Shown: positions 17,902-27,799 of the stretch, piece after piece
Position numbering within the stretch: the stretch's first letter is position 1
Layout: each line of letters begins with the position of its first letter
Virus record (IMG/VR): IMGVR_UViG_3300037086_000360
Location: 186,001 to 250,000 of that record
DNA: 64,000 bases
Direction: 5' to 3' (one strand)
The notes under the pieces: model-generated
Databases searched by the model: none
Told to the model about the DNA's origin: nothing
What the model saw: only the letters and a program-made list of their open reading frames with translations
Position numbers and translations under genes: made by a program

Positions 17902-18390
17902 ATGAAACGTCTATTTCTTATCTTGGCCCTTGCCTTGATTGGCACATTGGCTTTCGCTGCAACAACGGGAACTATTACTCTCAATGGAATAGTTGCAGCC
18001 AGCACAAACATTACAGTTACACCACAGGCTGGGTTCAATACTCTTGATCTCACCACAACTGCAACTAATGTCTTGGTGGCAATAATCAATGAACAGACCA
18101 ACGACCATAGTGGATATACGGTTACAGTTGCCTCGGCCAACTTGGCAGGAGCCGGAACTGCGCCTTTCTTAAAAGATGTTGCTAGTGGAAATACTTGGCT
18201 TTATACACTTCAATATAATGCAGTCGCCGTAGTGTTTGCAAGTGGAGTATCAACAATATCAAATACTGTCGCAATGACTGTACCAGCGGGAGTTAATAAG
18301 AACCTCAACATATCATATGTTGGAACCAATACCCTTGCTGCGAGCAACGCTTACGCCGATACTCTTACGTTTACAATTGCAGGAAAATAA
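17902..18390 (+). CDS. Chaperone-usher pilus major subunit (SCPU/Csu-like)
   Basis: Signal peptide; N-terminal extension ATTGTITLNGIV; C-terminal AYADTLTFTI strand typical of SCPU/Csu pilins. Confidence 0.75.
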   Translation: MKRLFLILALALIGTLAFAATTGTITLNGIVAASTNITVTPQAGFNTLDLTTTATNVLVAIINEQTNDHSGYTVTVASANLAGAGTAPFLKDVASGNTWLYTLQYNAVAVVFASGVSTISNTVAMTVPAGVNKNLNISYVGTNTLAASNAYADTLTFTIAGK

Positions 18391-19124
18391 TGAAACTCAA
18401 TAGAAATAGCCAGGCTGGTTTGACTAGTCTGGCATTTTTGTTCTTCTTTTTGGTGAGTGTTGGTGTAGCCTCTGCCTTCAGTTTTTCACCAATCAGTTTA
18501 AGTTTCTCTCCATCTGGTGAAAACACAATCCAAAGTTTCAAGCTTACCAATACCTCAGATGTCACAGTAGCAATCAAAGTTACCATGGTATCTCGTGAAA
18601 TGGCTGTCGATGGAACTGAGACTTTGAAACCAACCGATTTATTTGCCATCTATCCATCAAGAATTATTCTCGACGCAAGCTCGGTCCAAATTGTAAAGGT
18701 TCAGTGGAAGGGACCATTTGATGTTTCAATGGAACAAAACTTCAGGATCATTGCTGAACAAGTTCCTGTTGATTTCAATGGCCCAAAGCCAGTAAATATT
18801 AGAATCCTTATCCGCTATATGGGAGCCATTTATATTACTCCCTCAAATGCCGTTCCAAACGTTGTCCTAGACTCAGTCAAACACGACACACAGAACCTTG
18901 CTATTACACTCTACAATAAAGGAAATGCCCATGTTCTTATGAGCAACTTGACACTTCAAGTCAAGACAAGTGAGTCCTTTAAAATTTATTCTCCCGAGGA
19001 ACTAAAGGGCTTCAATGGAGAGAATATGCTTGCAGGTTTGAAGAGAACCTTTGTTGTCCCTCTCCCTCCAGACATGAAGGGCGAAGATTTTAGTGTCACG
19101 TTTAAGTTTGATTCGATTCGTTAG
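18390..19124 (+). CDS. Fimbrial periplasmic chaperone (PapD/CsuC-like)
   Basis: Signal peptide; FSPISL, LTNTSD, IYPSRIIL, EQNFRIIAEQVP, LYNKGNAH. Confidence 0.85.
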   Translation: MKLNRNSQAGLTSLAFLFFFLVSVGVASAFSFSPISLSFSPSGENTIQSFKLTNTSDVTVAIKVTMVSREMAVDGTETLKPTDLFAIYPSRIILDASSVQIVKVQWKGPFDVSMEQNFRIIAEQVPVDFNGPKPVNIRILIRYMGAIYITPSNAVPNVVLDSVKHDTQNLAITLYNKGNAHVLMSNLTLQVKTSESFKIYSPEELKGFNGENMLAGLKRTFVVPLPPDMKGEDFSVTFKFDSIR

Positions 19125-21417
19125 AATCATATTCTTTCTTCTCACAATCTCATCTTTTTCAGCCCAAAGCTCGAATATTGTTCCTCTTGATTTTACTATT
19201 AATGAACAATCTCAAAAAACAATCAACTGCATCATTGTTGATAACCAACTATTGTCTATAGATAGAACAAAGTTGATTGAAGTTGTTCGTCCCATTCTAG
19301 ATGAATCAACCTTCTTTAAGCTTCAAAATGAAATAGCAAACAAAGATTTCGTGCCTCCAAAAGATTTAGAGAAATATGGTATTATATCAAAATATGATTC
19401 CAATTTGTTGAAGCTGGAACTAAATATTCCTATTCAAGAACAAAGGGTTCAAGTCCTTAGAATGCCTGGCAGCTCGATTCCAAACTATGTTGCCGCAACT
19501 CCAGCAGATTTCAGTGTCTACCTTAATATGAGAACAACCATGAATCTGCAGACAGCATATGATATCCAAAACTCTATAACCTTGCCCACTCAGCTTATCC
19601 TTCAACCTGTGATTAACTACAAAGGATGGGTTCTTGATACCAGCGTGACAAGTAGTGTCATTGAGTACCCTAGCATCAGCCTCGATTACGCTAGAGTTGT
19701 TCATGATTTTCCAGACAACTCACAACGACTCACTATTGGTTCCGTCTTTTTCCCAACTACTGCTTTTATGGCACCATTTCCTGCTTATGGAGTTGAGTTC
19801 ACGCGCAATCCAATCATGACTCAAGCTCTTCGAAGTCCATATCTCATTCGACAAAGCTTTGAACTTTCTCAGCCATCTGCAGTAAGTATCATACTCAACG
19901 ATAGAACTCTGGAGTCCTATCAATTGAATTCAGGCAAATATGTCCTTCCAGATATTCCTTTCATTGGAGGGTTAAATGACTTAGTCATAAATACAAATGG
20001 CCAAATAACCCATACTGAAGTTTCGTATGATGCGAGACTTCTCGTTGAAAATGACATGTCGTATTCTGTGAACGTAGCAATTCCACAATGGGAGCTACAA
20101 GTTCCAATATTTTCAGGCTATTTCCTGTATGGAATCCTTCCATTTCTAACTGTTGGTGTCAATATGCAGGCAGGACTTGGCCGTCAAATGGAAGGAGTTG
20201 AGGCTGTTTATTCTACTCCATATGGAAGTGTTCATGGACAGTTTGGATTGAGTGAAAGTCCAATCGATTTTGCGGCAGAAATCGACTATCGACTTGTATT
20301 TGCATATGGAAATCTCCGTCCTACCGTGACCTTCAGCGCCCAATACACTGGACAAAACTTCTTACTCCCAGGTTTTGATTACAACAGCAACATTTACGCC
20401 TGGCTTTTTTCTGCAAGCTACGGTCAATCTCTTCCATATGGCATTGGGCTTAGCTTGGGGGTTGGATACCAAGTGGGATTGAGTCCAAACCCCGATCAAG
20501 CAAGTGCGAATATTACTCTCACAAAACAAATCTTCAAAGATACAAACATAAGTTTGATGTTCACAGTTGCCTACCAAGCAGGCAATCCATTGAAGTTTGA
20601 AGGATATTTTGGTCTAGCTTCTGTTGCACTTGGAGGTAAAGAGACCACCAACTTCAACTCCCAGCTTGATGGGCAATCAGCCTCAGTAAATGCCACCTAT
20701 CAGCCAAATCAGAGTCTTCCGATGTTTTCAACTTTCTTGGCAAAGAGTCCAGATTTGAATGGGGCTATTTCGGCGAACTATAATGTGCCATTCACTGAAA
20801 GTTCATTGACAGAATCTTTTTCACCAACAACAAACAGTCTCGTTCTCTCTGCCGGTGTGGCGATTGTAATGGTCGAAGGTCATTTTGGAATCACAAGACC
20901 AATCTCAGATAGTTTTGCTCTCATTATTCCTCAAGACAATATGGCTGGTCAAACTGTCGTTGCAAACAAGCAGGCTGAAACCTATGATGGCATGGCTATG
21001 AAAAACTTCAACATTGGTCTTTCACAGTTGCCATCCTATACCTTAGATCTAGTGACCCTTAGTTCTCCTACCGCCCCTATAGATACGAACGTGGGAGACA
21101 GTATAAGAGTCATGAAGCCAACTTACAAGAGTGGAATCGCTCTATTTGTTGGAACAAAGGCAGCAATTTCCATAAAAGGAAAGCTCACATTTAATGGACA
21201 GCCTTTCACTTATCAATCAGGACAAATCAAAGGAAATACTAGTGTCACCTTTTTCACAGATGAAAATGGAGATTTCGAAGCCTACGGTTTGAGTCCAGGA
21301 GATTATCAACTCACCATCAATGATCTTGAGGGATACAGTCAGAAAATTACAATCCCAATAGCAGCCCCGGCTTCTTATAATATAGGAACGATTGTTGTTC
21401 AGGAGAAAAAGCAATGA
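19093..21417 (+). CDS. Fimbrial outer-membrane usher
   Basis: 774 aa with signal peptide and beta-rich body; PSAVSIILN, GLNDLVI, ITRPISDSFALI, PTYKSG, FFTDENGDF. Confidence 0.85.
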   Translation: MSRLSLIRFVRIIFFLLTISSFSAQSSNIVPLDFTINEQSQKTINCIIVDNQLLSIDRTKLIEVVRPILDESTFFKLQNEIANKDFVPPKDLEKYGIISKYDSNLLKLELNIPIQEQRVQVLRMPGSSIPNYVAATPADFSVYLNMRTTMNLQTAYDIQNSITLPTQLILQPVINYKGWVLDTSVTSSVIEYPSISLDYARVVHDFPDNSQRLTIGSVFFPTTAFMAPFPAYGVEFTRNPIMTQALRSPYLIRQSFELSQPSAVSIILNDRTLESYQLNSGKYVLPDIPFIGGLNDLVINTNGQITHTEVSYDARLLVENDMSYSVNVAIPQWELQVPIFSGYFLYGILPFLTVGVNMQAGLGRQMEGVEAVYSTPYGSVHGQFGLSESPIDFAAEIDYRLVFAYGNLRPTVTFSAQYTGQNFLLPGFDYNSNIYAWLFSASYGQSLPYGIGLSLGVGYQVGLSPNPDQASANITLTKQIFKDTNISLMFTVAYQAGNPLKFEGYFGLASVALGGKETTNFNSQLDGQSASVNATYQPNQSLPMFSTFLAKSPDLNGAISANYNVPFTESSLTESFSPTTNSLVLSAGVAIVMVEGHFGITRPISDSFALIIPQDNMAGQTVVANKQAETYDGMAMKNFNIGLSQLPSYTLDLVTLSSPTAPIDTNVGDSIRVMKPTYKSGIALFVGTKAAISIKGKLTFNGQPFTYQSGQIKGNTSVTFFTDENGDFEAYGLSPGDYQLTINDLEGYSQKITIPIAAPASYNIGTIVVQEKKQ

Positions 21418-22325
21418 AATCACGAATCATTTTAATCTTGTTGATGTTTATGTCTCTTTCAATTGGAGCCCAGACATTAACTTTTTCAGTTCCTCCAGGA
21501 AATCCTACTGGAACCTATTCTCCTGATACTGGTGTTACTATAGTTAGCACAATGACTATTCGGCATACTGGAGCCGCTTGTAGCTATTTTATCACTTTTG
21601 CTTCTGGATCATCTGGAACCTTCACATCAAGAACAGCAAAAAGTGGTGCCAACATTCTCAACTATCAAATCTATGACAACATAACCAATAAAAATGTTCT
21701 CGAGGATTTGACAGCGAGTCCAACATCTGCAAATGTGTTGAGTGGTTCTTTCGCAGCAGGAACTGCGACTCAGGTCCAAACATTCACAAGCTATGTTGCA
21801 ACAACACAACTTCCTCCGGTTGGAACCTACACAGATGCTATAAGAATGGACATTTATATTGGAACAATAGCCGCTCACGGGGCATCTGTCAGAAATCGTA
21901 CCTTCACAGAAACCATGACTGTTCCAACTCTTCTCGACATATGCCTCGTTCCAACCGGTTCGTCCTTCAATGTTGCAAGCACTTCTACCACTTTCAACTT
22001 TGGAACTCTTTCAACTGGACAAAATCTTGGTGATGATTTCATGGTGAGATCTAATGGATTAAACACAGTGAAGGTCACTTCTACAAATGGACAAGTGTTA
22101 AAGAATGCTATTAGTGGAGATATTAGTTCAGTTCCATATATCTTTGCTGTTAATGCTGTTGCATACACACTACCAGCCGCCACTGCTGTAACCATCATAG
22201 CGAGTCAACCAGCAACTGTAGCGACTGGAAAGCGATACCCAATTCTAGTAACCATAGGCACCATAGGGTGGGTCAGTGCGGCCACATATACAGACACGAT
22301 CACTTTTACCGCAACTGCAAACTAG
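21414..22325 (+). CDS. Pilus tip/minor subunit with two SCPU (spore coat U-like) domains
   Basis: Signal peptide; LNYQIY, GTYTD and ATYTDTITFT repeated domain ends. Confidence 0.8.
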   Translation: MKSRIILILLMFMSLSIGAQTLTFSVPPGNPTGTYSPDTGVTIVSTMTIRHTGAACSYFITFASGSSGTFTSRTAKSGANILNYQIYDNITNKNVLEDLTASPTSANVLSGSFAAGTATQVQTFTSYVATTQLPPVGTYTDAIRMDIYIGTIAAHGASVRNRTFTETMTVPTLLDICLVPTGSSFNVASTSTTFNFGTLSTGQNLGDDFMVRSNGLNTVKVTSTNGQVLKNAISGDISSVPYIFAVNAVAYTLPAATAVTIIASQPATVATGKRYPILVTIGTIGWVSAATYTDTITFTATAN

Positions 22326-22353
22326 CATACTTTAGATAAATTCATAGAAAGAA

Positions 22354-22683
22354 TTGTTGATGACTAAGAAAACTCTCGAAAGATATGCATCCCAGATTAA
22401 TGCTCCACAATTAGACGATGATAAAGATTTGGTAGAAGAAGCCAAAATGCTTCTCGGCGACACAACATTCAGAATGTTGCCCAGGAGCAGTAGAATTTAT
22501 TACATGCGACTCTTCGTAAAACATCGCTTTTTCAAAGTTAGATGTCACAAATGCAGAAAAAGAGTCAATGATTTATATGATTTCATTCAATTCAAAAATC
22601 CTACATGGTGTATGGACTGTATGAGAAATGAGAGTCCAAATACTCTCTTTGAAATCAAGGAAAGCGTAGAGGAATTCATTTAG
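22354..22683 (+). CDS. Zn-finger hypothetical protein
   Basis: CHKC...CMDC. Confidence 0.55.
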   Translation: MLMTKKTLERYASQINAPQLDDDKDLVEEAKMLLGDTTFRMLPRSSRIYYMRLFVKHRFFKVRCHKCRKRVNDLYDFIQFKNPTWCMDCMRNESPNTLFEIKESVEEFI

Positions 22684-22768
22684 ATTTTGCATATTTCTAA
22701 ACACATGAATATTCGGAAGTGAATGATATTTCTAAGAGAATGTTGAAAAAGAAAATAGGAGAAAATAA

Positions 22769-23611
22769 ATGGGAATAATTCGCACACACTGCGCACTCAT
22801 CCTCGATAAAAGCGGGTCGATGGGCGGTATCAAGGATTCTGCTCTCAACAATTTTAACGAGCAGATCCAGACTCTAAAAACAGAGTCAAATTCACCAGAT
22901 GCCATTGCCAAGAAGATGTTGATAAGTGGTGGAAATCCAACGGGAGTTGAGACATATGTCACTCTCGTAGCATTCAACGACAATGTCGAATTTTTGAACT
23001 TTGATCAGAACATTAATGACATTGAAGAGTTTCCAGCTGAAAAATACGCACCAAACGGCTCAACAGCACTCTTTGATGCCATTGGAATGACGATTGACCG
23101 TTTTACCAGCGAGATCCAAGGACTTGATGATCCAGATACTGGAATGTTGTTCATCATTATCACTGATGGACAGGAAAATGCCTCTAAGTCCTGGGGACAG
23201 GAAGATGGAAGAAAGAAGCTGAAGTCAAGAATAGAAGAGCTTCAAAACTCAAAGAAATGGACTTTCACATTCATTGGTTCTGAAAAGGTCATGGAGACCG
23301 CCGTTGATCATCTGGGTCTCTATGCTGGAAACACCGCTTCCTTTGCAGCTACCGCTGGTGGGATCAGGGGCGCTTCAGTTCAAATGTCTGCTGGAACTAG
23401 AAGCTACATGTCAGCAAGAATGCTACATAAGACCTCTATAGATTCATATTACAGTGGCGATGATGACGCTACTGGTCCTACAGTTGTTCCACCAGTTGAT
23501 CCTCTCACCGGAATTGACGTAGCAAAGATCAAGTTGATGGAAGAAGCCATCAAAAAGAGTGCACTGAAGAAACAAACAACAGTTTCCGAAGAAGATAAAG
23601 AAGAAGCATAA
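22769..23611 (+). CDS. von Willebrand factor A (VWA) domain protein
   Basis: MIDAS ILDKSGSM, GSTALFDAIG, IITDGQENAS, WTFTFIG. Confidence 0.9.
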   Translation: MGIIRTHCALILDKSGSMGGIKDSALNNFNEQIQTLKTESNSPDAIAKKMLISGGNPTGVETYVTLVAFNDNVEFLNFDQNINDIEEFPAEKYAPNGSTALFDAIGMTIDRFTSEIQGLDDPDTGMLFIIITDGQENASKSWGQEDGRKKLKSRIEELQNSKKWTFTFIGSEKVMETAVDHLGLYAGNTASFAATAGGIRGASVQMSAGTRSYMSARMLHKTSIDSYYSGDDDATGPTVVPPVDPLTGIDVAKIKLMEEAIKKSALKKQTTVSEEDKEEA

Positions 23612-23804
23612 AATATGACTCTGATTGAAATGAGAGAAGTTCGAAAGCGAAGAATGCAGAGAACTCGTATTTTTCGTAGAGGACCTAGCATATATAAAAG
23701 CGTTGAGAACAATAGTGAAGTGAATTCACCAGGGGAGGCGATAGATAATGATTCACTTCACCAGCACAACAACGCTGCTGCATGTGTAGCAGCGGTACTT
23801 TGAA

Positions 23805-24079
23805 GGGGCCGTAAAGGTTTCGACTGAACAGTGTTGGGCTTAGCCGAAGTTTTTCTACAAAATAGACGCGAATAACTTCGCTCTCGCGGCATAGCCGCTC
23901 ACCTAACGGCATTTAGTTTTTTGCTTCTAGCTGTTGGGTAACAAAAAGCAAAGAACGGGTTCATTCAATGAAACTCCCGTAAAAAAGCGAATTGTGGTAT
24001 TTAGAATCCACCACTCTACGGTTCTACGGCAGGCGAAGGTCCTTTGTTCAGGACGGGATTTCGATTATCCCCGGCTCCA
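23805..24079 (+). ncRNA. ssrA: tmRNA (compact); tag (A)ANNFALAA
   Basis: GGGGCCG/CGGCTCC-A acceptor with G3.U; GGTTTCGAC 5' motif; tag GCG AAT AAC TTC GCT CTC GCG GCA TAG from 23868; T-arm near the 3' end. Confidence 0.92.
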
Positions 24080-24088
24080 TTTCCAGAC

Positions 24089-24121
24089 ACCTCCAGCACA
24101 TAGTATGTTGGAGGTTTTTTT
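24089..24121 (+). terminator. Intrinsic terminator after tmRNA
   Basis: ACCTCCAGCA...TGTTGGAGGT followed by T-tract. Confidence 0.7.
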
Positions 24122-24386
24122 GATCATTTTCACGGAAATGATTGATAAGATAGTTGAAGTTATACTTTTCTAGAGGAGTCTGATTTGACGCGCACTAAAA
24201 CCTTGAAGAGATATGTTGTTATCTACAAAAAATCGCAAAAAACAGATGACCCCACAGAACAGGAAGATCTTCTAGCTAAACTTGATGATCTATATTATGA
24301 GCTGAGCGACGAAGATATGGAGTACGTTGAAAGACACGAAATGCTGCCTTAGTGTAAGATAAATATAAAACTGTGGGAGAAAAAGA

Positions 24387-24815
24387 TTGCAGCTCAATGA
24401 AAGTGTTTTCGATGTCATCGGCAGAGATTCGCTGAATCTTGTCATTTTTAGATACCAACTGACAGATACTCCCACTGTTCAATGGACTGCTATTTTTAAT
24501 CGTTGGGGTGAACCATTTAGGGTTCATTCTTTCAAAAACACCAAATACATTGTAATTAAAGTGACTTCCAACCAGGCTAAAACCTTAGATGCCAAAGGGC
24601 TTGTCAAGAAATTAATTGCCAATGCCAGTCAAGACTATGAGCGGGAAGTCCAAAAAAGTGCTACATTATTAAAAATTGCCACAAGATCAACACATCCCTT
24701 ACCCAGAGGGCTAGTCATTGTTCATAACAACTTATCACATTCTATAGGTCCAAACGGTATTTCTGAATACGAGGACTATTTGAACAAAGTGATAACGAGA
24801 GTGAGCAACCTATAA
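24387..24815 (+). CDS. Hypothetical protein
   Basis: GGGAG RBS, TTG start, AAGATAA upstream; N-terminal LNE. Confidence 0.6.
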   Translation: MQLNESVFDVIGRDSLNLVIFRYQLTDTPTVQWTAIFNRWGEPFRVHSFKNTKYIVIKVTSNQAKTLDAKGLVKKLIANASQDYEREVQKSATLLKIATRSTHPLPRGLVIVHNNLSHSIGPNGISEYEDYLNKVITRVSNL

Positions 24816-24865
24816 AGATATAGATGTAATTTCTTTTTACTATTCAAAAAGGAGAGGTAAAAACT

Positions 24866-25372
24866 ATGAGTATGGATTTCAATAAGTTTGTTGAAAACCT
24901 TGAGAAGAAAGCTGGTGGAGCTCTGTTTGAGCAGGGTCCAGGAGCAGGAGCTGGTCGTATTATTCCAGCTGACCAAGTCATTTCTGACGGAGCTGGTGGA
25001 TGGTTCTATGTTCCAAAGCAGACCTTTCTAAGCAAGTCAATGAAAGTAGCTGTCCATGAGATCGACAAAGACAAGTGGCAGATTTTCTATATGGCACCAC
25101 TATCTGGAGCTTCTGAAAAGGCAAGATCCGGAGCTGCCAAGTTGGCTTCTAGAGGCGCTGCTAAGGCTGAGGAACCAGAAACTGCAACTGAAGAGATCAT
25201 GAGATATACGAGAATGCTCAATGAAAACATCGAAGGCGATTCAAAGTCACTTCCAAATTGGTTTGTGAAGGTAAAGTCTCCTGAAATGTCTTTCGAAGAT
25301 TGCATTAAGACTTGCGTGGATTTGGTAAAGGGAAAGGCTGACGCAATTCCAACTGCATTCAAGAGAGCATAA
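24866..25372 (+). CDS. Hypothetical protein, possibly virion-associated
   Basis: Strong RBS; N-terminal MDFNKFVENLE..LFE. Confidence 0.7.
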   Translation: MSMDFNKFVENLEKKAGGALFEQGPGAGAGRIIPADQVISDGAGGWFYVPKQTFLSKSMKVAVHEIDKDKWQIFYMAPLSGASEKARSGAAKLASRGAAKAEEPETATEEIMRYTRMLNENIEGDSKSLPNWFVKVKSPEMSFEDCIKTCVDLVKGKADAIPTAFKRA

Positions 25373-25398
25373 CTCTACACTAGAAAAGGTGGTCTCAA

Positions 25399-27798
25399 AT
25401 GGACGTCCTCTTAGAAAAGCTCAGATCTGAGATACTAAAAGAGGGACTGCCCCATGATGAGGTTAGCTTGGAGTATCTGCTCGAGAATTACGAAAGTCTC
25501 GATGAGGATATGAAAAAGTTTGCAGCTTGGGGAAGAATTGCCTTAAAAAAGGTTTCACAGTTCCTCGGCAAAGTGAAGATCTTCTTCCAAACGGTTGGAG
25601 ATAAGACTTTTGCCATGTATAGAAAGGGAAATGAAGAGGGAATCATTGACCCAGTGACGATGAAAGTCGCCATTAAGTGGGGTAGTGGTACTCCACACTC
25701 AATGACAATTCTTTTAAATCCCGATGTATATGGTGTCCCACCAACGCATGCCCCAATACCAGAGGGTAAGACAAAAAAAGTATCATTAGAAACTTTACTC
25801 GAGGATGAAACTCAAGCTGATTTTCAAAAGGCTTTGGGTAAGAGGACTTCTGAACTCGACATTCCATTAGACACGGGTGAATTAGATCAAGACGAAGCAT
25901 CTAAACAACTTTCTTCACATAAAGATGTTGAAGAGATTGTCAAACTTCTAAAGCGATTTGCACGACAAGCTCTTGACAGAAAATCAATTAATGAAAGAGT
26001 ACCTTCCATCTTGATTCAGGGACCTCCGGGTGGAGGCAAGACAACCATAGCAAAACAATTTGTTGAAACTATGGCAACTGAATGGCATTATAGTATTCTA
26101 GAGATTGCTTCTCTCTACAAAGAAATCTTGGGTGGATTCCCTGTTGTCACGAGATCACTTAGTCCAAATGATGAGAGCATTAGAGATCTTATGAAGAAAA
26201 AACTCTCTTCTCTTACATCTGAAGAGAGAAAAACAATCGAAGAATTCCAAAAAGAAATGCAGAGATTTGAAGAAGTTGTATTGAAGCCAGCAAACATTCT
26301 TCCACCAAGTGGAGCTCCAGGAAATTATGTTCTTTTCCTTGATGAGTTCAACAGGGAAGAAGAAAAGATGGCTGCAGCTATGAACCTCTGTCTCTCAGGA
26401 AGTATTGGAAATACATATACACTTCCAGTTCATTCACTAGTCATTGCTGCTGGAAACGTTGGAAAGCCAGTCGATACTGTTGATGTTGCAAAGATGGATA
26501 GTGCAACCTTCTCAAGGTTTGGTGCAACAGTATATCTTGGATATGACTGGTTAGCTTGGGTCGATTATGCTAACACTAGAGAGTTTGCCGATAAACATAT
26601 TGGAAAGGCCCCGGCAATTGTAACCAATTGGGTATTGGAAAAAACCGCACAAGAAAAGACAAGAGACTGGACAGTTCCTCTGAAGCAATTTACTACAAAG
26701 GGAGAAGGCCAGTTTAATCCAAGAATGATGTCAAACGTTGTTGCTCAGATGATCTCTGCGGCGGCGACACACTGGGAAGACAACACCCTGCTTGGCAAGA
26801 AACCAAAAGACTACTATGAGAAAGGTTTCAAATCTGCCGGTTACCCCAATGCATTGGCGTATTATTTACACTACAATCAAAAACAATTATTTGCAGAAAT
26901 CGCTGGGACTTCTCTCGGCGCGGCTCCAGAAGCAGTAGCTCATGAGATTTTGGGATCATTCGAGAACGCCCAACAGCAAAAGCGTACATTGGCACCTGAA
27001 GACATCTTGCTAACTTGGGTTTCAATGTCCGAGAAAAAGAGAAAAGCAGCAAATGCTGGAATGGCTAAATTGTTTGTAGTAAAAATTCCATTCTTCATTC
27101 AAGATCACGAAACCATGGCATCTATTCAGAAGTACATTAAAGAACACGATTTGAAAATACCTGAGGAAGACCTCAAGGAAGTAAATGGTGATCTCGCAAT
27201 GTATATTGCAGCCAACATCGCAGGCTTTACTGATTATGTTGGTATGAGAGCTGATGATGCTGGTGGATTGTTTAAAGCATTGTCGGAAATCAGAGCTGGT
27301 CGAGCATTGGAAGCGGATGAAGAGGAAGAGGAAGATGATTCCAAGCCTGCAAAGGGAAAGAAGAAAGCCGCTCCTAAGCAGAAGGCTGCTAAATACACTT
27401 CTGAAGTTGGAAAAGAAGCAATTGCTAACGAATTCGCAGATAGAATCATGACTCGTTTGATTGAGGTTTCTGAAACCTATAGCAATATCCAAAATGTGGC
27501 TATTGAGCATGCAAAGAAAACTGAAGGAAAGACTAGCAAATTCATTCAAGCATTTTCTCATGCACAAAGAGGCGAACTTATTGATGGTGGCGAACCACCT
27601 TCATATGCTGTTCATCACTTGAAGGGAAAAAACCTGACGAATTATTTGACTATTTTGAACATGCAAATGCTTGGACGAAACATCATCAACCCAATTCTCA
27701 AGAAAGCTCCAAAAGTAACAGAACTTGGTGCTGAAGAGCCACCGAGAGAAAATCCAGTTGAAGAGGGACTAAGAAGACTATTCTCAAGGATGCTATAA
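25399..27798 (+). CDS. MoxR/dynein-related AAA+ ATPase with N- and C-terminal extensions
   Basis: GPPGGGKT, LFLDEFNR, VIAAGN, DSATFSRF, NPRM. Confidence 0.88.
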   Translation: MDVLLEKLRSEILKEGLPHDEVSLEYLLENYESLDEDMKKFAAWGRIALKKVSQFLGKVKIFFQTVGDKTFAMYRKGNEEGIIDPVTMKVAIKWGSGTPHSMTILLNPDVYGVPPTHAPIPEGKTKKVSLETLLEDETQADFQKALGKRTSELDIPLDTGELDQDEASKQLSSHKDVEEIVKLLKRFARQALDRKSINERVPSILIQGPPGGGKTTIAKQFVETMATEWHYSILEIASLYKEILGGFPVVTRSLSPNDESIRDLMKKKLSSLTSEERKTIEEFQKEMQRFEEVVLKPANILPPSGAPGNYVLFLDEFNREEEKMAAAMNLCLSGSIGNTYTLPVHSLVIAAGNVGKPVDTVDVAKMDSATFSRFGATVYLGYDWLAWVDYANTREFADKHIGKAPAIVTNWVLEKTAQEKTRDWTVPLKQFTTKGEGQFNPRMMSNVVAQMISAAATHWEDNTLLGKKPKDYYEKGFKSAGYPNALAYYLHYNQKQLFAEIAGTSLGAAPEAVAHEILGSFENAQQQKRTLAPEDILLTWVSMSEKKRKAANAGMAKLFVVKIPFFIQDHETMASIQKYIKEHDLKIPEEDLKEVNGDLAMYIAANIAGFTDYVGMRADDAGGLFKALSEIRAGRALEADEEEEEDDSKPAKGKKKAAPKQKAAKYTSEVGKEAIANEFADRIMTRLIEVSETYSNIQNVAIEHAKKTEGKTSKFIQAFSHAQRGELIDGGEPPSYAVHHLKGKNLTNYLTILNMQMLGRNIINPILKKAPKVTELGAEEPPRENPVEEGLRRLFSRML

Positions 27799-27799
27799 A

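Noticed and set aside
23685-24173. ORFs 23685-23912 (-) and 23934-24173 (+)
   Set aside because: They overlap the tmRNA and its terminator; no protein motifs.
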